NCBI GenBank assembly: GCA_964019425.1
Contig: OZ025785.1
Span: 806,001 to 870,000, forward strand
Length of the DNA: 64,000 bases
Source: Flectonema sp. DT1601
Lineage: Eukaryota
Reading direction: 5' to 3'
Numbering within the stretch: position 1 is the first letter of the stretch; each line of letters begins with the position of its first letter. Made by a program: the position numbers and the translations under genes. Below the pieces are notes generated by a model. The model was given only the letters and a program-made list of their open reading frames with translations, was not told the DNA's origin and did not search any database. Positions 22,168 through 33,367 of this stretch are shown here, in pieces.

Positions 22168-25100
22168 TCACGGGGCGCTACGTTGTGCAGCTCTCTTTCT
22201 TCCACCTTTCCTGCTTCCTCCTGCATTTGCCTGGACTTTCGCACCTGCAGCAGCTGTGTTAGCAGCAGCATTTGTTGGAGTTGTCACTTGAGCTGCAGCA
22301 ACTCCCGGCTGTGCGCTAGCAGCCGCTACAGCTGGTGCAACATTATTAGGAACAACGTTGCTGTTTAGTTGCTGAGCTGGTTGACCAACATTAGGAACTT
22401 GTTGCATATGAACCTGATGGTGTAACATGTGCGGATGGACTGGTTGGTGTTGTGGCACCTGCGGAATAAACGGAACTGCTGGGTTTTGCATCTGTTTTTT
22501 TTTTTTGATTACTATTAAACATCACTACATTTATAGAACTACATTATATTATTATTAATATTCGAAAGACATACTTGAGGCTGACCAGGAATCTGAGCAG
22601 GCTGCGGGGTGACCATAGTTTGTGTGTAGGAAACAGGGCTGGGAGGGATTTGTCCAGCTTGGAATGGGAGTCTCGGTGTCCCACCAATTGAAGGCGACGA
22701 CATCCTTCCAGTCTGTTTTAGTTATTGTCATAGCTGTTATTTATAATTACGATATAAAATTAGTTAACAACTTTAACAACATACATAGTCAACTGACATC
22801 CCTTCTGTTGGAGAAGTTTCTGACTCATCACCATCAACGATTGCCTGATGCTGCTGAAGGAGTTGCTGCTGAACAGAATCATGTCTAATTAAATGTGACG
22901 GAGAAGGATTCGTACTACCAGTTGCCTGTCTCTGAGCTTGCTGTGACTGCGGAAGCCCTGGTGATGGTGGTGGAAGCATCTGTCCACTTACCTGAGGTCT
23001 AATGTGATACGACATATCTCCTTGAGCCCCATACTGCTGTAATTGTACTCCACTAGCAGTTCTTTGGAGAGGTACCTGAGATACGTCACTAGGCTGCTGT
23101 GTTTACTTAATTATTCTTTCACACACGAACAACAACATACTTAAATTAACTTCACTCCATATCATGTGAGAAACATACCGCCATGTTAGGAACGCCAACT
23201 TGAGGTACTCCCGCGACGCCACCAGCAACCTGTTTTGTTTGTTTTTTGTTTGTCTTCAAACCGTCGCTTACTATTAATAGATACGAATTGTTAATCAAAA
23301 GAACATACCTGACCAGGTTGTTGAAACTGTTGAGGAACTTGACCAGGGTATTGCTGGTACTGTTGCTGCTGGAACTGCTGGTGCTGATGCTGCTGCTGCA
23401 GTTGTTGCTGTTGCTGATGTTGGTGCTGGTGTTGTTGATGCTGCTGTTGCTGTTGCTGTTGCTGCAGCTGGTACTGGTACTGAATTTGCTGCTGAGTTTG
23501 TAAACTCTGCACCTGTTGCATCTGACCCGGCACCTGCTGCTGCTGCTGCTGCTGCGCCATTTGCTGCTGTTGTTGCAACTGCAGCTGTTGTTGCTGCTGT
23601 TGTTGCTGTTGTTGCTGCTGCTGCTGCTGTTGCTGCAGTTGCTGCTGTTGTTGTTGTTGCTGTAACAGTTGCTGCTGCTGCTGCTGCTGTTGTTGTTGCT
23701 GTTGCTGTTGCTGCTGCTGTTGTTGCTGTTGCTGCTGCTGCTGTTGTTGCTGGAGTTGCTGTTGGTGGGTCTGCTGTTGGTGGGTCTGTTGGGCCGCTTG
23801 CTGCTGTTGTTGCTGCTGTTGTTGTTGCTGCTGGTAAAACAGTTGCTGCTGTTGTTGGGACTGGGCTTGTGGTAGCTGCGCAGGCTGCGGGTTGACTTGA
23901 TGTTGAAGATGATGATGCTGCTGATAGAAGAATTGCTGCTGCTGTTGCTGCTGGAGCTGCTGTTGCTGTGCCTGTGCAGCTTGAGCTGCTTGCTGTGCAT
24001 CAGCTTGGTCTTTTTCATCTTTTCCTCCCTTGACTTGCTGCGGTTGCTGAAGCGGCTGAACCTTTGATTGCTGAGCCTGCTGCGCTCTCTGTTGAGCTTC
24101 CTGTGCCTGCTGAACTTGCTGTGCCTGGGCTGCAGCCATTTGCGGCTGGTTTGGCTGATTTGGAGCGAGTTGCTGGTATCCAGGTTGCTGCTGATACACT
24201 TGCTGCTGCTGTGCTGCAGCCTGCTGCTGTTGTAGAAATTGTTGCTGCTGAACAGTTTGCTGTGTTGGATGAGAGAATCCCTGTTGTTGCTGCTGCTGCT
24301 GTTGCTGCTGTTGTTGCACATGAACTTGCTGCTGTACTTGCTGACCGTATGACTGTATTGGAGAAGCTGTGTATTGTGCGTACTGTTGGGGTTGCTGGAA
24401 TTGTGATTGCATAAGCTGACCCTGTTGGTACTGCATTGCTTGTTGAACTCCCTGTTGAGCAAATCCAGGCTGTTGAATCATTTGAGCATTCATATGATTA
24501 GTATTATTAGGATCAATACCTGAAGTTCCTGAAACAGGACCACCTGTTGGAACTGTTTCATATTCTTCATCCCAATAAGTTTCATCTCCTTTCCATTCAT
24601 GCTGGAAGGGTTCAAGATCACCCGGCACAGGTGATGTTGATGCAGATGCACCAGAAGCTTTACCATTCTTTATCCTCTGCCACAATCCGGTTGATATCAG
24701 TTTGCTTATCTCTTGTGGTGATTTAAACTTATTACATAAAGGAGGCGTCCAGTTCAGTTCTTTTGATTTGACGTCCTTTGGAGGAACAGCGGACGCGAGT
24801 GCCGTTGATGCAGCTACAGCAGCGCTATTACTTGCGTTACTCAATGGCTTACCTAATAGCTTTGCGATTTCTTCCTTGCGACGTGCAACACTTGCGGCGT
24901 TTGGAGGTGATGCCACAGCAGTTTTTGTGTTTGCAGCTGCCGGTGCTTTCGGTATCACATCTGCTTTAGCTTCTTTCTGTTGAAGCGCTTGGTTTATTTT
25001 ATCAGATGCATTCTTAAAGTCTGCGACCTTCTTCGCTTTCTCAATTTGAGACGTTGTTGGCAACAATTTATCAGCAGCCTTCTCAAGAGGATCGACCTTT

Positions 25101-26464
25101 TTCTTCTTGTTAAGCACTTGATCTAAATTCTTCGCATCTAACTTAAGTTGATTTATCTCATTTGTTCTGGTCTGCTTATTGTCTTTGTCAGATGTCTGAT
25201 CTCTCTCATTTACAAAACCAATAAACTTATTTCTCGTTTGGTGTGCCACACCCTTTGACTCCAGTAGCTGGATTTGTTTTATTTAATTTTAGTAGTTTGA
25301 AGGTTAACAAAGTTGTAAACTAAGTAGTAATTTCTGTTGTAACAAAAAAATCAAACTGAAAACATAAATACAAAACCAACAAGAACATACCATTCTACCG
25401 GCAGGACCCTTCTTTTCTCCAACTTTGAGAAGTTCGGCACCGATGCGACCGCCCTCTAATTTTTGTGAAGGAGCAGGAGGAGAGCTAGAAGGTTGTGGAT
25501 CTGCGGCTGGTTTAGGAGCAGGAGATAATTGGCTTTCATAGCATTCTGCTGGTATGGTTAGTGGAGGTGCATCATTCGCTGGCCGCTGTAGGAGCGAAGG
25601 AGTTGGGAGAGCTCCTGTCTGACTAGACTGCAGAGGTAGAGGCATACTGGCTGGCATTACAGGTGGTGACGGTTGCTGTTGCTGTTGTTGATCAGGGAGG
25701 TTAAAGTCATCCTTATTGCGTCTGCTTGGTGGGATGTAAGCAGAACCAGTTGCAGCAAAGTGCTTCCTTTGCTCTTCTTCCTGTCGACGCTGGTCTTCAG
25801 GTCTCGTAACAGCGCTGTGAATAGTTTCCTCATCAACGTCATCTGACCAGTTGAATTGTTTCGCATCTCTTGTTCCTCCATACCTATCAGATTCTATTTG
25901 TTGGGCAATGTTTTCAGCTTGACGCTGTTGCTCGGCAGATAATTTTGTTTTGTCTAATTTTGTTGTGTAGTAATCCTCAGTGTATGTACTTCTTTGTCCT
26001 GTAATCTGTTCATTTGTTTTGAACTGATCCCAGCCTCCGATTCCTCCGTTTTTATTTGATGATGCGGTTGCTTCCAACAGTTCACCACTAGAGTCATCAC
26101 CCAGCCAATGTTCTAGTTGTCTCTCTCTTCCAAGAGCAACTCTCGAGATGTCAGTATCAGTTTTGAACCCATGAATAGAGACGGCTTCGTTCTCTGTTAG
26201 TAAAACATCAATGCAACTGACATACGCAATGTCACTTCCTTTTAGGATTAATTGTTTTCTCGGACAAGACTTTGCATCTCCCTTGTTAGCGGTAGATGTC
26301 TTTAGTCTAGCATGTGATAATAAAATATCAGTTCCACTTCTAGCTGTTAGTACCCCTTCAAATGTTGTGTTTTCTGTTAGTGTCACTTGGACTATTTGGC
26401 CGATTAGATTACTGAAAAGCCACAGCATTCGCTTCGACCCCTCCGACTGCATTGTGGCCGACAT
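22168..26464 (-). CDS. ATXN2: Ataxin-2 / PBP1 homolog (Sm-ATX + LsmAD) with extensive polyQ region, 6 exons
   Basis: LIGQIVQVTL...FEGVL, GFKTDTDIS, RERQLEHW, GWDQFKTNE, STYTEDYYTTKLD, A..IAQQIE, DEETIHSAVTR. Exons 26464-25391, 25267-23309, 23229-23179, 23096-22785, 22712-22575 and 22491-22168 all join in frame via GTATGT...CAG introns. Confidence 0.9.
23350..24320 (-). repeat. Mixed CAG/CAA polyglutamine-coding microsatellite region
   Basis: Dense ctg/ttg triplets on the plus strand. Longest uninterrupted Q run is ~28 codons at 23669-23752. Confidence 0.95.
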
Positions 26465-26825
26465 CCCATCAACAGGTTTTATATTCGATGTTAACTCCAC
26501 GGAATTCAAATAATAAGGTGGCGAGTGGAAAGGGCGGCCCACCTGTGGAAAGAAATATAATTAATAACTCAAAGATGACGTGGTGAATTCTTCCTTTATA
26601 TTTATTATGATGATTCTGACAAAAGAGAAAAATGAATAAAAGAATAACCACCAAGATGATCACTACTAACTTATTGAAAACTAGCAAAAAAAATAATGAA
26701 GCCTACTTGATTGAACGAGTTTTCCCACCCAACAAAAAGTACTGTTGCTACTGAATCAAGTTCTCAGAAAGGGGGAAAGTAGGGAATTTTTGCTTTCTCT
26801 CTTATTTTTTTTTTTTTTTTTGGGG

Positions 26826-26858
<33 letters not shown>

Positions 26859-28012
26859 CCCTTCTTTATTTCATTTCATTTTTTTTTTTTTTGAAATAAA
26901 AAAATGGCACCTGACTATGATTGATTTGGGGAAAGGGAGAAGTAAGGGAAAGGGAAACACAGGTAATTGGCATTATACCCCCACATCCCCGCAGCAACGG
27001 GTCATTAAATCCCACATAGTGCTTCATCACTGATACAAACGAACTTCATTCCTGACTTTTGTTTTGTTTCCAATTTCGTTCTTAATCTAATTAAGATGCC
27101 AGTAATAAACTAGCGAACCTTTTTCCAAACATATTCATAACATGAAATTAAATAGGCGATTGTAATCAAAATCGGGGGTATAGTCGCTATGGTACTCTTT
27201 GCTCACACCAAAACTAACGTAATCAGTGTTACGGCTATAAAGCCTTTACGTTTTTTTTGTTTTTTTTTGTTTTTTTTTTTTTCTTTCTCTCTCCAAACAC
27301 AGTTGGCAAATTGGGGAACACACACAAAGAGTCAACGAACACAAGACTTTTTCCCAGAATTAGGCATATCTTTTTTTTATTATTTTTTGGTCAGAACTTG
27401 TTTAATGGTAAGCGCCATATTCTCCTTAAATCCTTAATATAGTATAGTTCGACAACATAATTTGAGAAAAAATACTCTTTTAAGACACCACAATCAGTGT
27501 TGCTTAACAGTGCTAAAAGTAATGCTTTTTCGTTTTTTTTTTTTGTTATTTTTCTTTTTTTTTTTTTTTTTTTTATCGTTCTCCTTTTTTTGCACCATTG
27601 ATTATAACACATCCTGTCTTTTATTATTTTTTTTTTTTTTCTAATAAAAAAGATTGCCGACTCAGTGCAATTAGAATGTCAGAATCAAAAATTGTCGCAA
27701 AAAAGTACCCCTTTTTAGTACATCTGTTTTGTTACAGCATAGCGCACAACGTGGTAGATATTCCCTCTTTTTTTTTTTTTTTTTGCTTCTTTCTATTACT
27801 GTCCATTATTTTTCTTTCTTCATATTCTTCTCTGTCTTCCAATTTTTCTCTTATTTTCATCAGTGTGTTACTCTCACTCTGGACGCTTTTTTCCCCCTTC
27901 TTTTTTTTTCGGAAAAAAAAAAGGGGAGGGAAGGGTAGACGTCCATCGTCGGAGAACACGGCGCCTCCTAGCGGAATGATAGCTGCAAATGTCTGGCAAG
28001 GCGGATGTTAAA

Positions 28013-29070
28013 TCACGCCATGGCTTGCATTTTCTGGAACTCTAGGGTTGACATGCTCCATGTCTGTCCAGGCTGGGGTGTGAGTCCAAATACAAAATAC
28101 CAATCCTCTGGAATGTGAGCGTCTCCTGCCTTTACTTCTCCACTGCTGTCTGTCCACTCGTTCTCAACGTGAGCAGAGCATGACACAAAGAATACTGGTT
28201 CTGGCTTTTCCTGTGGGTAATTTTTTTTTTTTTTTTTTCCCCTTTATAAATAAGTGATTAATTTTTTTTAAAAAAAAAAATAATAGTAATACGAACCTCA
28301 TCAACATCAAGGTCGTCCATCTCATCCAGATCGATACCCTTCTCTGACATTGCTTCTCTCTTCTTTACGGAAGGAGCGTGATCAGAATCATCAATAAACA
28401 TCAAACGGTTGAACAGATTAGCTCGTCTTGTTAACAAAAGTTTGCAATTACTCGTCAGTTTATCGTATTGTTTTAGGTGGGGTTCCACATTTAAGTGATA
28501 ACAAGCTTCCGAACACATCTCCAGAAGCCCTTCTTTATCTTTTTTCCAAAAGGCGTCGAGGAAGGCTGGGAGTAGTTTTGACTCTACGTCTTCCAGGAAT
28601 TCTGGTTCAGAAAAGTCAGGGATATTCTTATACAATATTTCGGTTGCCTGTTGTTCAGTACTTTTGTGGCTCGACGAGAGCAGTTTGCTAAATAATTTGA
28701 ATGCCGTGTCATTTTCATCTTTTACAGTTCCAATCGGAATAACAGCGAATTGCTCAGTGTTGATTTCTACACCCGAAACAGTTTGATCGTTTTTCTTCTT
28801 AGTACCTCCTTCCTCATCATCTTCCATTATATCAACTCTTCCCCATTTGTGAATCTGCTTCTTCTCTGGTGATATCATCCTTCCGACAGCGGTATTTCCC
28901 AGATTACTACTAAAACCTTCAACAGCCTGACCTGCCGTAACAAAAGCTCTCAACAGAATAGATTCTTTGTGCTCATGACCTGCTCCAAAATGAGCTCCTA
29001 AACCTGTCTTTTTAGTTGCTACCTCTGAGCACCATCTCACACATAACCTATTGGCCCGTATGCTCGCCAT
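28013..29070 (-). CDS. Mitochondrial Tim44-like domain protein, 2 exons
   Basis: Arg-rich presequence-like MASIRANRLCVRWCS; PDFSEPEFL....LLPAFLDAFWKKD..GL.EMCSEACY. After intron 28296-28211 the frame gives HVENEWTDSSGEVKAGD...WYFVF...W, typical of the Tim44 C-domain. Confidence 0.8.
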
Positions 29071-29844
29071 CTTATGTGGGCGAAGTGGTAGAAGCAGATT
29101 ACTACTTACAGACCTGAAAACAAATAATGTAATTATTAAAAAAAAAAGATTTGTTAGAACAGTATTCAAAACAACTCAACTTAACTATGTCACGCAATAA
29201 GTGATCAATGCATCCCTGTTGTAGTAAAAAGTTTTAATATTACACCGAAGAATAAAAATGTCTCATCATCACGGCCTGGCAATAAAGTTGCGGTAAAGAT
29301 TAATAACCAGCAACAAGCAGAACCGTTGGATAGTAATTTAGATTCAATAAGAGAGTTTCCATAAAAAAGGAATTTCACAATTGATATTGCAAGACAAAAG
29401 TTAATTAAAAGAAAGGAAATATGAAGGAAATATGATGGAACTGGCAGGCCACAGGGAGTGGCGTTCAGACTTACTCAAAGAAACTGACTTAGACGAAGAC
29501 TTTCTTTTACTAAGTTAGAAACTAAAAGCGAAAATAAATTATTAAAAATATTTAGTTTGATTCACATTGCTGTTTGTGATTATTACAAAAAGAAGTTACA
29601 TTTCATTTCTGATTCCCAATTAAACTCTGCTGTCTAAAGCAACCCAAATCAGTGGACAGATGTATTTGAGGAAGCATCATCAAAAGCAGGTGAGACAAAT
29701 TAATTATAAACAAACGAAAATATAACTTCATCAAAATTAATCATTGTAAATACACAAAACTATACTATACTATTCAAGGTACTGACATTAACCAATGAAG
29801 GAAAATATTCTTTATCATTTGATTTTCTTTTTTTGCATGCTTGA

Positions 29845-32637
29845 TTAGAGCGAACAATTTTCAGTTTTCAAGAGGACTGCTTCCACTTCAACGTCTTTTA
29901 ATTCAAATCTTTTCTCCGAAGAAAAAGGTGATTCGATGTCACTCATTTCATCTTTCCCTTTTCTAAAACAAAAGCAGTAGGTGACAGCAATCACAATACA
30001 GGTCAGGACGACAAGACAAATACTTCCAATAATAATCCACACGTATTTATGATCGTGGTGATGGTCCTCATAATCATCTTCATTAATAGAACTAGCAGCC
30101 ACAACACCTGTTCCACTGAATGCATTGGAACTGTTTGAAGAGTTGGAGAGTGCCGCGACGTCAGATTCAATGATTTCAACAGCGTTGCTGAAGCTCGCTC
30201 CCTGTTCCATCGTCAATTGGTATTCAACATATGATGAACCAGACTCACTAATAGAAACTTCTCTTTCGCTTTCACTCCCTTCAACGCATCCGGCAGCGGC
30301 TCTTAATTCCACCGTTCCAGGACAGGCAAGAGAAACACATTGTGAAGTCGGACACGCAAACACAATGGCAACTTTTTGAACCACAATACCATTCTTGTTT
30401 GCTGACTTCAGAACAGCATCTTTTAACTGATTGAATGATATCTTAGATGGTGAACTCTGTACTTTAAGGAAAGTGTGCAATAAACGTCTGGAGATATCAT
30501 TCTGAACCTTACTATTGCTTCCTTCATGCTTGTCACTGCCGTGATCCTTGCTGTTGCTTTCTTCGTGCTTGTCACTGCCGTGATCATAGCTGTTGCTTTC
30601 TTCGTGCTTGTCACTGCCGTGATCCTTGCTGTTGCTTTCTTCATGCTTGTCACTGCCGTGATCGTAGCTGTTGCTTTCTTCGTGCTTGTCACTGCCGTGA
30701 TCATAGCTGTTGCTTTCTTCGTGCTTGTCACTGCCGTGATCCTTGCTGTTGCTTTCTTCATGCTTGTCACTGCCGTGATCCTTGCTGTTGCTTTCTTCAT
30801 GCTTGTCACTGCCGTGATCCTTGCTGTTGCTTTCTTCGTGCTTGTCACTGCCGTGATCCTTGCTGTTGCTTTCTTCGTGCTTGTCACTGCCGTGATCATA
30901 GCTGTTGCTTTCTTCGTGCTTGTCACTGCCGTGATCCTTGCTGTTGCTTTCTTCATGCTTGTCACTGCCGTGATCCTTGCTGTTGCTTTCTTCATGCTTG
31001 TCACTGCCGTGATCCTTGCTGTTGCTTTCTTCATGCTTGTCACTGCCGTGTTCGTAGCTGTTGCTTTCTTCATGCTTGTCACTGCCGTGATCATAGCTGT
31101 TGCTTTCTTCATGCTTGTCACTGCCGTGATCCTTGCTGTTGCTTTCTTCATGCTTGTCACTGCCGTGATCGTAGCTGTTGCTTTCTTCGTGCTTGTCACT
31201 GCCGTGATCCTTGCTGTTGCTTTCTTCATGCTTGTCACTGCCGTGATCCTTGCTGTTGCTTTCTTCATGCTTGTCACTGCCGTGATCCTTGCTGTTGCTT
31301 TCTTCATGCTTGTCACTGCCGTGATCTTTGCTGTTGCTTTCTTCGTGCTTGTCACTGCCGTGATCGTAGCTGTTGCTTTCTTCATGCTTGTCACTGCCGT
31401 GATCCTTGCTGTTGCTTTCTTCATGCTTGTCACTGCCGTGATCGTAGCTGTTGCTTTCTTCGTGCTTGTCACTGCCGTGATCCTTGCTGTTGCTTTCTTC
31501 ATGCTTGTCACTGCCGTGATCGTAGCTGTTGCTTTCTTCGTGCTTGTCACTGCCGTGATCCTTGCTGTTGCTTTCTTCATGCTTGTCACTGCCGTGATCG
31601 TAGCTGTTGCTTTCTTCATGCTTGTCACTACCGTGATCCTTGCTGTTGCTTTCTTCATGCTTGTCACTGCCGTGATCCTTGCTGTTGCTTTCTTCATGCT
31701 TGTCACTGCCGTGATCTTTGCTGTTGCTTTCTTCGTGCTTGTCACTGCCGTGATCGTAGCTGTTGCTTTCTTCATGCTTGTCACTGCCGTGATCCTTGCT
31801 GTTGCTTTCTTCATGCTTGTCACTGCCGTGATCATAGCTGTTGCTTTCTTCATGCTTGTCACTGCCGTGATCTTTGCTGTTGCTTTCTTCGTGCTTGTCA
31901 CTGCCGTGATCGTAGCTGTTGCTTTCTTCATGCTTGTCACTGCCGTGATCCTTACTGTTGCTTTCTTCGTGCTTGTCACTGCCGTGATCGTAGCTGTTGC
32001 TTTCTTCATGCTTGTCACTGCCGTGATCCTTGCTGTTGCTTTCTTCATGCTTGTCACTGCCGTAATCCTTGCTGTTGCTTTCTTCATGCTTGTCACTGCC
32101 GTGATCTTTGCTGTTGCTTTCTTCGTGCTTGTCACTGCCGTGATCGTAGCTGTTGCTTTCTTCATGCTTGTCACTGCCGTGATCCTTGCTGTTGCTTTCT
32201 TCATGTTTGTCACTGCCGTGATCATAGCTGTTGCTTCCTTCGTGCTTGTCACTGCCGTGATCCTTGCTGTTGCTTTCTTCGTGCTTGTCACTGCCGTAAT
32301 CCTTGCTGTTGCTTTCTTCATGCTTGTCACTGCCGTGATCCTTGCTGTTGCTTTCTTCATGCTTGTCACTGCCGTGATCATAGCTGTTGCTTTCTTCATG
32401 CTTGTCACTGCCGTGATCCTTGCTGTTGCTGTCACCACTCTCTTTCTTTGAGCCATCAGTAAACATGTCATCAGTTGAACTCATCGATGAGTTAGATGAG
32501 GATGAGTTGATATCATCTTTGACAGTTGGCAATAACTTGTCTCCATCATTCGTACCAGTCACGACGCTCGGATTCATATCTTCTGAAGAAAGACAAACCG
32601 CGATCAGCGACACAAATAATATCATGCGAGAACACAT
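29845..32637 (-). CDS. His/Asp/Ser-rich tandem-repeat type I membrane protein, copy 1 (~49 x 13-aa repeats)
   Basis: ATG at 32637, signal peptide MCSRMILFVSLIAVCLS, repeats SNS[K/Y]DHGSDKHEE, 4-Cys domain, TM helix VWIIIGSICLVVLTCIVIAVTYCFCF, acidic tail. Confidence 0.9.
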   Translation of the reverse strand: MCSRMILFVSLIAVCLSSEDMNPSVVTGTNDGDKLLPTVKDDINSSSSNSSMSSTDDMFTDGSKKESGDSNSKDHGSDKHEESNSYDHGSDKHEESNSKDHGSDKHEESNSKDYGSDKHEESNSKDHGSDKHEGSNSYDHGSDKHEESNSKDHGSDKHEESNSYDHGSDKHEESNSKDHGSDKHEESNSKDYGSDKHEESNSKDHGSDKHEESNSYDHGSDKHEESNSKDHGSDKHEESNSYDHGSDKHEESNSKDHGSDKHEESNSYDHGSDKHEESNSKDHGSDKHEESNSYDHGSDKHEESNSKDHGSDKHEESNSKDHGSDKHEESNSKDHGSDKHEESNSYDHGSDKHEESNSKDHGSDKHEESNSYDHGSDKHEESNSKDHGSDKHEESNSYDHGSDKHEESNSKDHGSDKHEESNSYDHGSDKHEESNSKDHGSDKHEESNSKDHGSDKHEESNSKDHGSDKHEESNSKDHGSDKHEESNSYDHGSDKHEESNSKDHGSDKHEESNSYDHGSDKHEESNSYEHGSDKHEESNSKDHGSDKHEESNSKDHGSDKHEESNSKDHGSDKHEESNSYDHGSDKHEESNSKDHGSDKHEESNSKDHGSDKHEESNSKDHGSDKHEESNSKDHGSDKHEESNSYDHGSDKHEESNSYDHGSDKHEESNSKDHGSDKHEESNSYDHGSDKHEESNSKDHGSDKHEGSNSKVQNDISRRLLHTFLKVQSSPSKISFNQLKDAVLKSANKNGIVVQKVAIVFACPTSQCVSLACPGTVELRAAAGCVEGSESEREVSISESGSSYVEYQLTMEQGASFSNAVEIIESDVAALSNSSNSSNAFSGTGVVAASSINEDDYEDHHHDHKYVWIIIGSICLVVLTCIVIAVTYCFCFRKGKDEMSDIESPFSSEKRFELKDVEVEAVLLKTENCSL
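30510..32430. repeat. 39-bp coding minisatellite, ~49 units
   Basis: Unit gcttgtcactgccgtgatc[ctt/ata/gta]gctgttgctttcttc[a/g]t repeated without indels. Confidence 0.97.
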
Positions 32638-33367
32638 TTTGTGTAAAATTAAATCTATCGATAAGATAAGAAGTGATGCACAACTCACAATTAGTATTCA
32701 AAACAACTCAATTTAACTATCTCACGCAATAAGAAATCAAAGCATCCCTGTTGTAGTAAAAAATTCTAATATTAAACTGAAGAATAAAAATGTCTCATCA
32801 TCACGGCCTGGCAATAAAGTTGCGGTAAAGATTAACAACCAGCAACAAGCAGAACCGTTGGATAGTAATTTAGATTCAATAAGAGAGTTTCCATAAAAAA
32901 GGAATTTCACAATTGATATTGTAAGAGACAAAAGTTAATTAAAAGAAAGGAATTATGATGGAACTGGCAGGCCACAGGAAGTGGCGTTCAGACATACTTA
33001 AAGAAACTGACTTAGACAAAGACTTTCTTTTACTAAGTTAGAAACCAAAAGTGAAAATAAATTATTAAAAATATTTAGTTTGATTCACATTGCTGTTTGT
33101 GATTATTACAAAAAGAAGTTACATTTCATTTCTGATTCCCAATTAAACTCTGCTGTCTAAAGCAACCCAAAACAGTGGACAGATGTATTTGAGGAAGCAT
33201 CATGAAAAGCAGGAGAGACAAATTAATTATAAACAAACGAAAATATAACTTCATCAAAATTAATCATTGTAAATACACAAAACTATACTATACTATTCAA
33301 GGTACTGACATTAACCAATGAAGGAAAATATTTTTTATCATTTGATTTTCTTTTTTTGCATGCTTGA

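Noticed and set aside
23152..24462. 436-aa Ser/Asn-rich ORF and plus-strand poly-Leu ORFs
   Set aside because: Alternative frames of the polyQ region of the ataxin-2 gene.
29845..29870. Idea that the array protein tails bind the neighbouring PDZ-like proteins
   Set aside because: The C-termini (NCSL, KRSI) do not fit class I PDZ ligands, and adjacency in a co-oriented cluster does not imply function.
32638..32688. N-terminal extension MSCASLLILSIDLILHK in array copies 1-4
   Set aside because: Starts at a non-ATG codon. The ATG of MCSR(M/T)ILF is shared by all five copies and begins a clean signal peptide.
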